Source of the DNA: Vicinamibacteria bacterium
Lineage (GTDB): Bacteria > Acidobacteriota > Vicinamibacteria > Marinacidobacterales > Marinacidobacteraceae
Direction of reading: 5' to 3'
NCBI GenBank assembly: GCA_964291235.2
Contig: OZ219816.1
Location: 1,216,001 to 1,280,000, forward strand
DNA length: 64,000 bases
A program made the translations under genes and the position numbers. The notes beneath the pieces are model-generated. The model made no database searches. It saw only the letters and a list, made by a program, of their open reading frames with translations, and was not told the origin of the DNA. Below, piece by piece: positions 38,354 through 48,184 of the stretch. Every line of letters begins with the position of its first letter. The stretch's first letter is position 1.

Positions 38354-40369
38354 TCAATTCCCGGATGACGTCCGGTACTTCTCGAACCAGGCGATCTGGT
38401 TCGCCACCTTGGCGATCAGCTCGCTCGGGCGGCGGCTCATGTTGTGGAAGGCCCCGGGGATGCGGACCACCGCCGTATCGATGCCGCGGAACTTCAGCGC
38501 GTGGAACAGTTGATACGACTCCGACAGCGGCGTCCGGAGATCCAGCGAACCCGTAAGCACCATAGTCGGGGTGCTCACGTTTCCCACCAGGGAGAGCGGC
38601 GAGAACTTCCAGTAGGGCTCCGGATCCTCCCAGGGCAGTCCCTCGTAGCGATTGCCGAAGTAGTTGAACCAGTTGTCGGCAGTCAGCGTCTTGCTGATCC
38701 AGTTGATGACGGGTTTTTCGGAAACGGCGGCGCGGAAGCGGTCGGTTTTCCCCACGATCCAGGCCGTCATGATGCCGCCGGCGCTTCCGCCGGTAACGAA
38801 GAGATTGTCTTCGTCCACGTAGCCGCGGGCGATCACCGCGTCCACTCCGGACATGAGGTCGTCAAAGTCGTTGCCGGGATAGTTGTGGTAGAGCAGGTCC
38901 CCGAATTCCTCCCCGTAGCTGGTGCTGCCCCGGGGGTTCGCGTAGAGGACGACGTAGCCGGCGGCGGCGAACAACTGCATCTCGGCTGAGAACCGATCGC
39001 CGTAGTGGGCGATCGGGCCGCCGTGAATCTCCAGAATGAAGGGATAGCGGCGGGACGGATCGAAACCCGGCGGCTTCACGATCCATCCCTGGACCGGGCG
39101 CCCGTCGGCAGACGAGTCCCACCAGATCTCCTCGACCTCGCCGAGCGTCCGCTGACGCAGCAAATCCTCGTTGAGCGAGGTGATCCGCCGCACCGATTCT
39201 CCGGGCGCACCGGCCGCAACCTCGCCCGGCTGATCGGGGCGCGTCTGGTTGAAGGCGAAGGCGCCGGTGTCGGCGACCGAGAAAGAGCCGCTGCCGTAGG
39301 GAAGCCCGTAGGCGGATCCGCCGCCGCTTTCCCCGAGAACGGCGACCTCGCCGTCGAGGGTCGTGAAGGCGACCTTCCGGTTTCCCTCGTCGTCGTAGTG
39401 GAAGTAGATGCGGTGCCCGTCCGCCGCCCACACCGGGTTCGAAACGCTCCGGTCGAGGCCGCTTGTGACCACCCGGCGCCCGCTCCCGTCCAGGTTCATC
39501 ACTTCGAGGCGGCGGACCTGGTAGGTGCGGAGCCGGTCCTCGTTGCCCACGAACGCGACCTGCTGCCCGTCGGGGGACACGGCCGGGCTGTGGTCAGGGC
39601 CGTTCCGGCTGGTCAGCGCCCGGATCTCTCCGCCCCCGACCGGCGCGAGGTAGAGCTCCGAGTTGCGGTAGTCGCGCTCCCAATCAGGCTTGCGGTTCGA
39701 TGAGAAGACGAGTTGAAGTCCGTCCGGGGTCCAGGCCGCGGGCCCGGAATGCTGGAAGTCGCCGGTGGTGACCTGGACTGGCGTGCCGCCTTCCACCGGG
39801 AGCACGAAGAGGTGGTCGTAACCGAAGTCGAGATAGCCCACCCCGTCCTGCTTGCTCTTGAAGCGGTCTTCCATGATGGGAGGATCGGCCCACGTGGCGC
39901 CGGGGGGCGGCTTGGGAGGGGCGACGAGTTGGGGCGGGGGGTACGGCACCAGCTTGTTGAAGGCGAGCCTCCGGCCGTCGGGTGACCAACGGATGTTTCG
40001 CGGCGGCTCGAGGACTTGCGTGAGGGTGGCGGTCTCGCCGGTGTCCATCCAGCGAAGCTCGATCTGGCCGTCCGCGACATACGCGACCCGCGTCCCGTCG
40101 GGGGACCAGCGCGGACCTGCGCCGGCGCTCAGGGGGCGGTGGCCGGTCCCGTCGGTGTTCACGATCCACAGCTCGGTGCGTTGGCGGTCCTTCATGATGT
40201 CCATGGAGGTGCGGACGTAAACGACCTGCGAACCATCCGGCGAGATCTGGGGATCCACCGCGAACTCGAGCTGGAATACGTCCATCGGCTGGAACGCGGT
40301 TTGGGCCCCCGCCGACGCGGGGACGGCCCAGGCAGCGGCGAGGGCAAGTGTGAGCGTGATCCTGGGCAT
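38354..40369 (-). CDS. S9 family peptidase (tandem paralog)
   Basis: Same motifs and closely similar to the neighbouring gene. Confidence 0.93.
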   Translation of the reverse strand: MPRITLTLALAAAWAVPASAGAQTAFQPMDVFQLEFAVDPQISPDGSQVVYVRTSMDIMKDRQRTELWIVNTDGTGHRPLSAGAGPRWSPDGTRVAYVADGQIELRWMDTGETATLTQVLEPPRNIRWSPDGRRLAFNKLVPYPPPQLVAPPKPPPGATWADPPIMEDRFKSKQDGVGYLDFGYDHLFVLPVEGGTPVQVTTGDFQHSGPAAWTPDGLQLVFSSNRKPDWERDYRNSELYLAPVGGGEIRALTSRNGPDHSPAVSPDGQQVAFVGNEDRLRTYQVRRLEVMNLDGSGRRVVTSGLDRSVSNPVWAADGHRIYFHYDDEGNRKVAFTTLDGEVAVLGESGGGSAYGLPYGSGSFSVADTGAFAFNQTRPDQPGEVAAGAPGESVRRITSLNEDLLRQRTLGEVEEIWWDSSADGRPVQGWIVKPPGFDPSRRYPFILEIHGGPIAHYGDRFSAEMQLFAAAGYVVLYANPRGSTSYGEEFGDLLYHNYPGNDFDDLMSGVDAVIARGYVDEDNLFVTGGSAGGIMTAWIVGKTDRFRAAVSEKPVINWISKTLTADNWFNYFGNRYEGLPWEDPEPYWKFSPLSLVGNVSTPTMVLTGSLDLRTPLSESYQLFHALKFRGIDTAVVRIPGAFHNMSRRPSELIAKVANQIAWFEKYRTSSGN

Positions 40370-40491
40370 GTGGCGGCTCCTGAATTGGGGGCTGGCGGGC
40401 GAGCTTCGGACGGTAGCAAACCCCCGTCCGGTGGATCATGTCGGAGAGGAACAGAGAACGGCTACCGGCACCCGCTAGACTCCGTCGCCCC

Positions 40492-41913
40492 GTGATCCGA
40501 GTTCCCGTCCTCCGTTGGGGAAAGCCCTACAACAGCCTCGAGACAACCACCGTTTCCCACTTCCTGACCGGGGAACCGATCGCCGAGGTCGATCAGGCCG
40601 CCGCCGGCATGGTCAAGCGCGATCTGCGGCGGGCGGACCGGGCGCGGGCGGCGCTCAAGGAAATCCCCATCCCGGAACTCCTCGACCGGATCAAGGTGGC
40701 CGCCCGGCTCTACATGGAAGCCGACCTGCCACTAGGGGACGGAGTGCAGACCCCCGAGGAGTTCGTCCACGCGCAGTCGGCCAGCACCGGCCTTCCGGAG
40801 TCCATGTGCCGCGCCAACATGGAAAAGAACCGCTTCGTTCTGGAGCGGATGGACCAGGTACTGGACGCGCTCACCCGCGGGCTCGATCTTGACATCCTCT
40901 CGGCGGGGCACGGGATCGAGGAGCGGGGGGTTCCGATCTCCTACCAGGCGCAGACGCCGGTGCTCGCCTGCGTTCTCCCGTCGAACTCCCCGGGAGTCCA
41001 CACGCTCTGGCTCCCGGTGATTCCGCTCCAGATCGGTCTCGTCCTGAAGCCGGGTCCGGAGGAGCCCTGGACGCCGTATCGCATGGCCGAGGCGTTCTTC
41101 GCAGCCGGGATTCCGAGAGAAGCCATTGCCGTCTATCCGGGCGGCGCCGAAGTGGGAGCGGCGGTGGTCGAGAGTGCTCCGCGGACCCTCATCTTCGGGA
41201 GCCGCGCCACTGTCGAGCGGTATCGGAGCAACCCGTCGGTACGGGTCCACGGGCCCGGGTTTTCCAAGATCCTGCTCGGAGACGACCAAGTGGACCGCTG
41301 GGAGGAGCACCTCGACGTGCTCGTCGAGAGTGTCTTCCTGAACAGCGGCCGGAGCTGCATTTCCTGTTCGGGAATCTGGGCCTCCCGTCACACCGAGGAG
41401 ATCGCCGCGGCGCTCGCCGAGCGACTCGCCCCGGTGGCGCCCCGGCCACCCGAAGATCCGGAGAGCGCGCTCGCCGCCTTCACGGTCCCGGGAATGGCGG
41501 AGGCGATCGACCGGGATATCGAGGAGCGGCTCGGCGGCGGCGGAGCGACCGATCTGACCGCTCCCCGGCGCGGCGCCCCGCGCCTTGCCCGGGAGGGACG
41601 GGCCTCCTGGCTCCGGCCCACCGTGCTCCACTGCGACAGCCCGGAGGCGGCGGCCGCCAACGTGGAATACATGTTCCCGTTCGTTTCCGTGGTCCGCTGC
41701 CCCCAGGAAAAGATGATCGGTGGCATCGGCGACACTCTGGTGGCGACCGCGATCACCGACGACGCCGCGTTCCGGGCGGACCTCCTGGAGACGACCTCGA
41801 TCGACCGGCTGAACTTCGGACCGATCCCGACCACCCGGCTCAACTGGCTGCAGCCGCACGAGGGGAACATCCTGGACGTTCTCTACCGTGCCCGAGCCTT
41901 CCAGCGCGCCTGA
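40492..41913 (+). CDS. ALDH-superfamily GriD/EhpG/LuxC-like reductase component
   Basis: LPSNSPGVH, LKPGPEEP, HGPGFSK (in place of ELGGK), catalytic Cys in NSGRSCISCS, EYMFPF and PHEGN; GTG start inferred. Confidence 0.75.
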   Translation: MIRVPVLRWGKPYNSLETTTVSHFLTGEPIAEVDQAAAGMVKRDLRRADRARAALKEIPIPELLDRIKVAARLYMEADLPLGDGVQTPEEFVHAQSASTGLPESMCRANMEKNRFVLERMDQVLDALTRGLDLDILSAGHGIEERGVPISYQAQTPVLACVLPSNSPGVHTLWLPVIPLQIGLVLKPGPEEPWTPYRMAEAFFAAGIPREAIAVYPGGAEVGAAVVESAPRTLIFGSRATVERYRSNPSVRVHGPGFSKILLGDDQVDRWEEHLDVLVESVFLNSGRSCISCSGIWASRHTEEIAAALAERLAPVAPRPPEDPESALAAFTVPGMAEAIDRDIEERLGGGGATDLTAPRRGAPRLAREGRASWLRPTVLHCDSPEAAAANVEYMFPFVSVVRCPQEKMIGGIGDTLVATAITDDAAFRADLLETTSIDRLNFGPIPTTRLNWLQPHEGNILDVLYRARAFQRA

Positions 41914-41919
41914 ACCAAG

Positions 41920-42627
41920 GTGACCGACGCGGCGGCGGCCCCGGCCGGACCCGCGGGTGATGGCCTCGAAGTAGCCGGACTGGTCAAGGACTATCCGGGG
42001 CCCCAGGGCTTCTTGCGGGTGCTCGACGGCGTCGCTTTCGAGCTCCGTCCCGGAGAAGCGGCATCCGTGATGGGCGCCTCCGGCTGCGGAAAGAGCACGC
42101 TCCTGTTTCTGCTCGGAGCGATCGAAGTGCCGTCCGAGGGAGTGGTTCGTCTCGACGGTACGGACCCGCACGACCTCTCGGCGGATGAACAGGCCCGGTT
42201 CCGTCGCGAGCGGGTGGGTTTCGTGTTCCAGGATCACTGCCTCCTCCCGCAGTGCACCGCGATCGAAAACGTGCTGGCCCCGACGCTGCCCGATCCGAGG
42301 CCAGGTGATGCCGAACGCGCCGCCCGTCTCCTCGACCGGGTAGGACTTTCCGGGCGCGCGGCCCATCTGCCAGCCGAACTCTCGGGAGGCGAAAAGCAGC
42401 GGGTGGCGATCGCCCGCGCCCTGGTGCGAACGCCCCGTCTTCTGCTCTGCGATGAACCCACGGGAAATCTCGATGGCGAATCCGCCGCCGGAGTGGCGGA
42501 TCTCCTGCTCGAGGCGGGCGCCCTCGACGAGGGGCGGATCGTCGTCCTGGTAACCCACGATGCGGAACTCGGCGCACGCTTCCCCAAGCGCTACCGGATG
42601 CACCGGGGACGGCTGACCAGCCTCTGA
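41920..42627 (+). CDS. ABC transporter ATP-binding protein (LolD/MacB-like)
   Basis: GASGCGKST, LSGGEKQRVAIARAL, CDEPTGNLD and VTHD. Confidence 0.93.
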   Translation: MTDAAAAPAGPAGDGLEVAGLVKDYPGPQGFLRVLDGVAFELRPGEAASVMGASGCGKSTLLFLLGAIEVPSEGVVRLDGTDPHDLSADEQARFRRERVGFVFQDHCLLPQCTAIENVLAPTLPDPRPGDAERAARLLDRVGLSGRAAHLPAELSGGEKQRVAIARALVRTPRLLLCDEPTGNLDGESAAGVADLLLEAGALDEGRIVVLVTHDAELGARFPKRYRMHRGRLTSL

Positions 42628-42634
42628 GGAAGCC

Positions 42635-45600
42635 ATGGCGACCGCCTTCGGGGCCGCCCGATTCAGGCGGCGCGGCCTCACGTACTACCGCCGCGAACAC
42701 CTGCTGGTCGCTGCCGCCACCGCGATCGCGGTGGCGGTGCTGGTCGGCGCCCTGGTGGTCGGCGACTCGGTCCGGGGCAGCCTGAGAGCCGCGTTCACCG
42801 AGCGCCTCGGCGCCACCGATTACGCCGTCCTCCCGATCCACGCTTTCTCGGACGACCCGGACGCCGGACTGGGGGCGCGCCTGGCCGCCCGGGACGACTA
42901 CCGGTCCCGGTTCGAACCGGCCGTCCCCGTCTTCCGGCTTGCCGGCACCGTGGTGGGCCCGGGCGGCGAGACGGCTCCGGTGACGGTGTTCGGAGTGGAT
43001 GCCCGGTTCTTCCGTTTCCACGGCCTCGCGGATCGCGTGGAATCCGGAACCGCGCGGATCAGCACCGGTATCCGGCGGCTTGGATTCGTGCCCGGAGACG
43101 CGATCCTGATCTCGATCGGCGGACACGAAGACATCGCGGCGGCATCGCTGTTCGGGGAAAAGGAAGAGGCCGGCATCACCATCCGCCGGGAGGTCGCAGC
43201 CTGGCCAAATCCGGCCCCGGGCGTCGCTTCGGGGGATTTCGCGCTCTTTCCCGGGCAGGGGGCGCCCCGGGCGGTGTTCTTGCCGATCGACGACCTGCGG
43301 CGGGTGGTCGATGCGGACGGCGGAGGGCGAGGCGGGGAAGCGGCCGCGCCACGGGCGAACGCGCTTCTCATCCGCGCCGCGGGCGGGGGAGGAAGCGACC
43401 CGGAGGAACGGACAGCGGCGCTGACGGCCGCCCTCGCGGCGGTCTCTTCCCTGGATGACCGGGGCCTCTCCCTGTCGCCCGGAACAACGGGCATCGTCCT
43501 GGAAAGCCGCAGCCTGGTGCTCGCGGACCCGGTGGTGGAGGGGGCGTTCGCCGCGGCCGAGGCGCTGCGCCTCGATGCCGCTCCCGTCCTCACCTACCTG
43601 GCGACTTCCATCCGTGCCGCCGATCGGGAGACCCCGTATTCACTCATCAGCGGCATCCCGGCGCCGCTTCTCCCGGACGACGGTGAGCGGGAGGGCGGCC
43701 GGAACGTGATCCACCCGGGGCCGTGGTTGGCCGAGGACCTCGGCCTCCAGTCCGGAGACCCGATCGAACTCTCGTTCCTCGTCTGGGAGGAGCAAGGGCG
43801 GTTTCACACCGAGACGGCGTCGTTCGTCGCCGGGGCGCCGGTCGCCGGGGACGGCCTCTTTGGGGATCAGACGCTCGCGCCCGAGTTTCCCGGGGTCAGC
43901 GATTCGACCCGCATGGGCGACTGGGATCCGCCGTTTCCGGTGGATCTCGGCCGGATTCGGGAGCGCGACGAACGGTACTGGGAAGAGCACCGGACCCTCC
44001 CCAAGGCCTTCGTCCCGCTTCCGGTGGCGCGCCGGCTCTGGAGCATGCGCCAGGGAAGCGCCACTTCAGTCCGATTCACCCCCGAACGTCCCGGCGAGGA
44101 CGAGGGAGAGCTTGCGGCCGCGCTATCTGCCGCTCTCTCGACCGCTCTGCCGCCAGAGGAGTTCGGCCTCGTGCCGCTCGCGGTGCGGGAGCAGGGGCTG
44201 GAGGCATCGCGGGGGGCCACCGACTTCGGGCTCTACTTCCTCTACTTCTCCTATTTTCTGCTGGTGTCCGCGTTCGTGCTGCTCGCCCTCCTCTACCGGT
44301 TGGGGGTGGAGCGGCGGCTGCGGGAGATCGGCCTGCTGCTCGCCTGCGGCTGGTCGCCGGCGCGCGTCTCGCGCAGCCTGCTGGGTGAAGTTGCCGGCGT
44401 GGCAACGGCCGGAGCGGTGGCGGGCGCGTTCCTCGGCCTCCTGTACGCCACCGGAATGATCGGCCTGCTGTCCGGCGTCTGGGACGGAGCGGTGGCCGGG
44501 ACCCTCTCCCCGGATGCCGAAAGCGGGCGCACGGGCGGGGCACTCGGCGTGTCCCTGAGGTGGTCTTCCGTGCTGGCCGGCGGTTTCTCGGGAGTCCTGA
44601 TGGCCATGGGGGCCGCCTGGTGGACTCTGAGGAAGCTCGTCCGCTGCTCCCCGCGGGGACTCCTCGCCGGGAACCCGGTGGACGACCTCGCGGGGTGGAC
44701 CCAGGCGCCGCCGCCGCGGGCCTCGGGATCGGCGGCGCGCCGCTTCGGCCTGCTGACCGCGGTGGCGGGTGCGGCGCTTCTCGGACTGGGGCTGAGCGGA
44801 ACGATCGCGGAAGCGGGCGCCTTCTTCGGGGCGGGTTCAGCCCTGCTGGCAACGGCCCTGCTGTTCGCCTGGGCGCGGCTGAAGAGCCTCGCCGATCCGG
44901 CGCGGCGCGCCGTTGCCGCAGCCGGGAACTCGGGTCTGCGTGGCCTCGCCTTCCGCGCCACCACCTTCCGGCCCGGCCGGAGCCTCGCGGCGATGATCCT
45001 GGTGGCGTTCGCGGCGTTCACCCTGGTCGCGGTCGAGGCGTTCCGGAAACGTCCCGATCCCGGGACCCTCCCGGCGGGAGCGGGCGGGTTCGTGTCCATG
45101 ACCGAGACCGTCTTCGGTTCGCCCTGGGATCCCCGGGATCCGGAGGGCATCGAGGCGCTCTACCTGGAGCCGCCCGAAGCGTCGGGATTCCGCATCCAGC
45201 CACTGCGCCTCGCGGGCGACGAAGATGCCAGCTGCCTGAACCTCTACCGCCCCTCGCGGCCCCGCGTGATCGGGATTCCCAGAGCGCTCGCCGAGGAGAA
45301 CCGGTTCCCGTTCGGCGCCCATCTCGGGGAGAGCCCCGAGGAAATCGAAAACCCCTGGCGTCTGCTCTGGCGAGACCGGGAGTCGGGCGAGGCGATTCCG
45401 GTCATCGGCGACCAGAACTCGATGACCTACGTGCTCAAGTGGCCCGTCGGCGAGGAACGCGTCTTCCCGATCGGGGACGCGGGCGCCCCGGTACGGCTTC
45501 GGCTCGTGGGCACGCTCTGGGACAGTCTGTTCCAGGGCGAGTTGCTGATGGCCGAGGAAGATCTGCTGGACGCGCTACCCGCTCCCGATGGCTACCGGCT

Positions 45601-46142
45601 GTTTCTGACCGAGCCCGTCGAGAGCAACGAAGAATCTGAAGGAATCGCTTGCCGCCGCGGAAGCGGATGCCGGCGGCATGCTGTCCGCCGCGCTCGCCGA
45701 CTACGGGGCGATTTCGACCCCCACCCGGGTCCGGCTCGACGAGTTCCACCGCGTGGAGAACACCTATTTGTCCACCTTCCAGGCCCTCGGCGGCCTCGGG
45801 TTGCTGCTCGGCACCTTCGGCCTCGGCGCGGTGCTGCTCCGGAACGCGGACGAGCGACGCCAGGAGTGGGCGCTCCTCCGCGCCGCCGGCTACCGGCAGC
45901 GGGACTTCACCCGGCTCGGATTCTGGGAAAACGCCCTGCTCCTCAGCGCCGGGCTCGGCGCCGGAAGCATTGCCGCGCTCATCGCGATCCTCCCGGTGCT
46001 GGGGCAACGCGACGCCGGCGGCAGTCTCGGGCTATTGCTCCTGTTGCTCCTCGGGGTCCTGACCTTCGGCTTGGCCGCGGGGGCGTTCGCGGCCCGCCTG
46101 GCCGGGAACCGCCCGATTCTGGAGTCCCTCCGGGCCGGCTGA
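42635..46142 (+). pseudogene. Large FtsX/MacB-type ABC permease with one frameshift near 45620-45650 (real or sequencing error)
   Basis: ORF 42635 loses coding character after FLTEPVES. The final TM domain (VENTYLSTFQALGGLGLLLG..ERRQEWALLRAAG) lies in another frame ending at 46142. Confidence 0.75.
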
Positions 46143-46199
46143 TCGCGAACGGTTGCGGAGCCAGGGACCGCCCGCCCGTGTCTTCGCGCGACCTGGCCC

Positions 46200-46343
46200 G
46201 GATTTCTCATACTGCCGCCGCAGAGATCGATGCGAGGTGGTTCTCCTCTCGGCGGGAACCCGACCAGCCGGATAGCGTGTAGGCACGGGAACGCCGGCCT
46301 CCAGGCCGGCACAGCCCGCCGTAGGCGGGCGGCGGGACGGACC
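46200..46343 (-). repeat. Terminal module plus one inverted REP-like unit
   Basis: GGATTTCTCATACTGCCGCCGCAGAGATCG..., then GGGAACGCCGGCCTCCAGGCCGGCACAGCCCGCCGTAGGCGGG. Confidence 0.85.
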
Positions 46344-46424
46344 TGGTTGGCCGGGATGGCTCACTTTCTCGGACGGGAGCCCGTGAGCGCGAGCGGCGAG
46401 GAACCGCCCGCGGCGCTACGCGCC

Positions 46425-46495
46425 GCTGTGCCGGCCCCCACCGGGAGAACTGGCCTGGAGGTCGGTCCAGTTCTCCCGGTGGGGACTCCCGTGCC
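46425..46495 (+). repeat. REP variant with 18-bp perfect inverted repeat; unoccupied IS110 target-like site on the minus strand
   Basis: CCCCACCGGGAGAACTGG (46436-46453) / CCAGTTCTCCCGGTGGGG (46467-46484). Confidence 0.85.
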
Positions 46496-46622
46496 TACAC
46501 GATCCGTCCGGTCGGGGTCCGCGCCTGACGGCGTTCCCGTGCCCTTGCGACACCAAGACACTGCCGGGGTCCAGGCCCGCCCGGGCCGAGAGTGGCGCCA
46601 TGGCGACGCTGGACGTCGCGGA

Positions 46623-46943
46623 TCAGACTTTGGGGTCCGGAGTAGCTCCATCGGCCGCGCCGTCCTGGAGCGCAAAGAGATGCGCGGTCGAGGCGGCGTG
46701 GCGGAATGGCCTCGCTTCGGCGTAGTCGGGGTCGGCGTACCACGCCTCCGCGGAAGCCCGGTCGGGAAACTCCAGAATGACCATCCGGCCGTCGAATTCG
46801 TCACCCTCCAGGGGAGTGACGGCGGCTCCGCGGGTCAGGAAGCGGCCTCCGTGTTTCTTCAGGGTGGCCGGCGTCCGGTCCGTGTACTTCCGGTACGTCT
46901 CCGCATCGTGAACGCTGATCATCGCGACAACGTAGGCAGGCAT
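46623..46943 (-). CDS. DUF1330 domain protein
   Basis: MPAYVV, HGGRFLTRG, LEG, ILEFPD and AWYADPDY. Confidence 0.9.
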   Translation of the reverse strand: MPAYVVAMISVHDAETYRKYTDRTPATLKKHGGRFLTRGAAVTPLEGDEFDGRMVILEFPDRASAEAWYADPDYAEARPFRHAASTAHLFALQDGAADGATPDPKV

Positions 46944-46969
46944 CGGGTTTCCTTTCTGAGGTTGCGTGG

Positions 46970-48172
46970 CTAGCGCCCGAAGATGTGCTTCGGGATGTAT
47001 CCGGTGACCACCTGGGTCAGGTCCACCACCTCGCTGACACGGAAATCCACCGCGATGCTCGCGAGCGAGAGCGCCTTCGCCGGAGTGAGGCCCTTCGCTT
47101 CGCCCAGAAACTCCACGACCTCCCAGGTCGCCTGCCGGGCGGCCCGGTCCAGGTCGAGGTCGATCCCCATGACCATGTAGTAGTCATCGTCCTCGGCCCA
47201 GGGGGAGGAGGGCGCGCGGCCCTTGTGGACGTTGAACCGGAACACCCCGCTCAGGGACTGTTCGATCGCGGTGCCGCTCACTTCGCCGTCCCCCTGGGCG
47301 CCGTGGGGATCACCGGCGTAGAAGAGGGCGCCGGGATGAAAGACCGGGAGATACACCGTGGTCCCCGCCTTCAGGTCCTTCACGTCGAGATTGCCCCCGA
47401 AGGCTCCCGGCGGCCGCGAACCCTGGACTCCCGGCACCGTCACGCCCGGTTCTCCCACTACCGGGTCCGGCGCCACCGCGAGGATTCCCATGAAGGGCGC
47501 CAGCGGCACCTTGATGTCCTCCGCGAGGAAGGCCACCTCGCGGCCGTTCTCCCACCCCGTTCGGATCAGGTGGCGCGTCCCGGGCGGGATATCGAACGCC
47601 GGGTCGTCGGGACGGGCCCCCGGGTAGCTCTCGGAGAAGACCCCGCCGCGCGCGGAGGTGTTGTTGACACCCCACGGCGCCCGCGTCTCGACCGAAAGGA
47701 TCTCGATCTCGAGCATGTCTCCGGGCTCCGCGCCCTCGACGTACACCGGGCCGGTGATGACGTGGCCGCTGCGGCCCTCCCGCGGACGGCTCTCCCGGGA
47801 GGCCCAGAAGTCGAGGACGTCCTGGTGGATTTCGTCGCGCGGCACCCCAAGCGCGGTGAGCCAGGCCACCGGCTCCTCATCCTGGACGGCGCCGTTATGC
47901 GTGAGCGTGTCCATCCGCACGGTCTCGCCGGGCCGGACCCGGAGCACCGGTTCCTTGTCGATCGGAAACCAGCCCCAGCTCAGGTTCCCGGGCGACGAGG
48001 GGACGAAATGGTCCGCCTCCAGCGGCGCGGGGGGGCCGCCCGCCGCCGGATCTCCATCCGTCGCGCTTCCATCCGTGGCCGCCTCCGGAGGGGCGCAGCC
48101 GGCGCCGGCCAGGAGTGCGCAAAACACCAGCGGCCGGCACAATCCCGGCCGGATTCCGTTCTCAGGTCGCAT
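46970..48172 (-). CDS. Acetamidase/formamidase family lipoprotein
   Basis: GHVITGPVYVEGAEPGD, GGNLD and GDPHGAQGDGEV; lipobox AGC. Confidence 0.88.
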   Translation of the reverse strand: MRPENGIRPGLCRPLVFCALLAGAGCAPPEAATDGSATDGDPAAGGPPAPLEADHFVPSSPGNLSWGWFPIDKEPVLRVRPGETVRMDTLTHNGAVQDEEPVAWLTALGVPRDEIHQDVLDFWASRESRPREGRSGHVITGPVYVEGAEPGDMLEIEILSVETRAPWGVNNTSARGGVFSESYPGARPDDPAFDIPPGTRHLIRTGWENGREVAFLAEDIKVPLAPFMGILAVAPDPVVGEPGVTVPGVQGSRPPGAFGGNLDVKDLKAGTTVYLPVFHPGALFYAGDPHGAQGDGEVSGTAIEQSLSGVFRFNVHKGRAPSSPWAEDDDYYMVMGIDLDLDRAARQATWEVVEFLGEAKGLTPAKALSLASIAVDFRVSEVVDLTQVVTGYIPKHIFGR

Positions 48173-48184
48173 CGGGCGCCTCCG

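Noticed and set aside
31937-41913. Bioluminescence (lux) or phenazine cluster
   Set aside because: No luxAB/luxD or phzA-G genes are visible; only the reductase-like pair is present.
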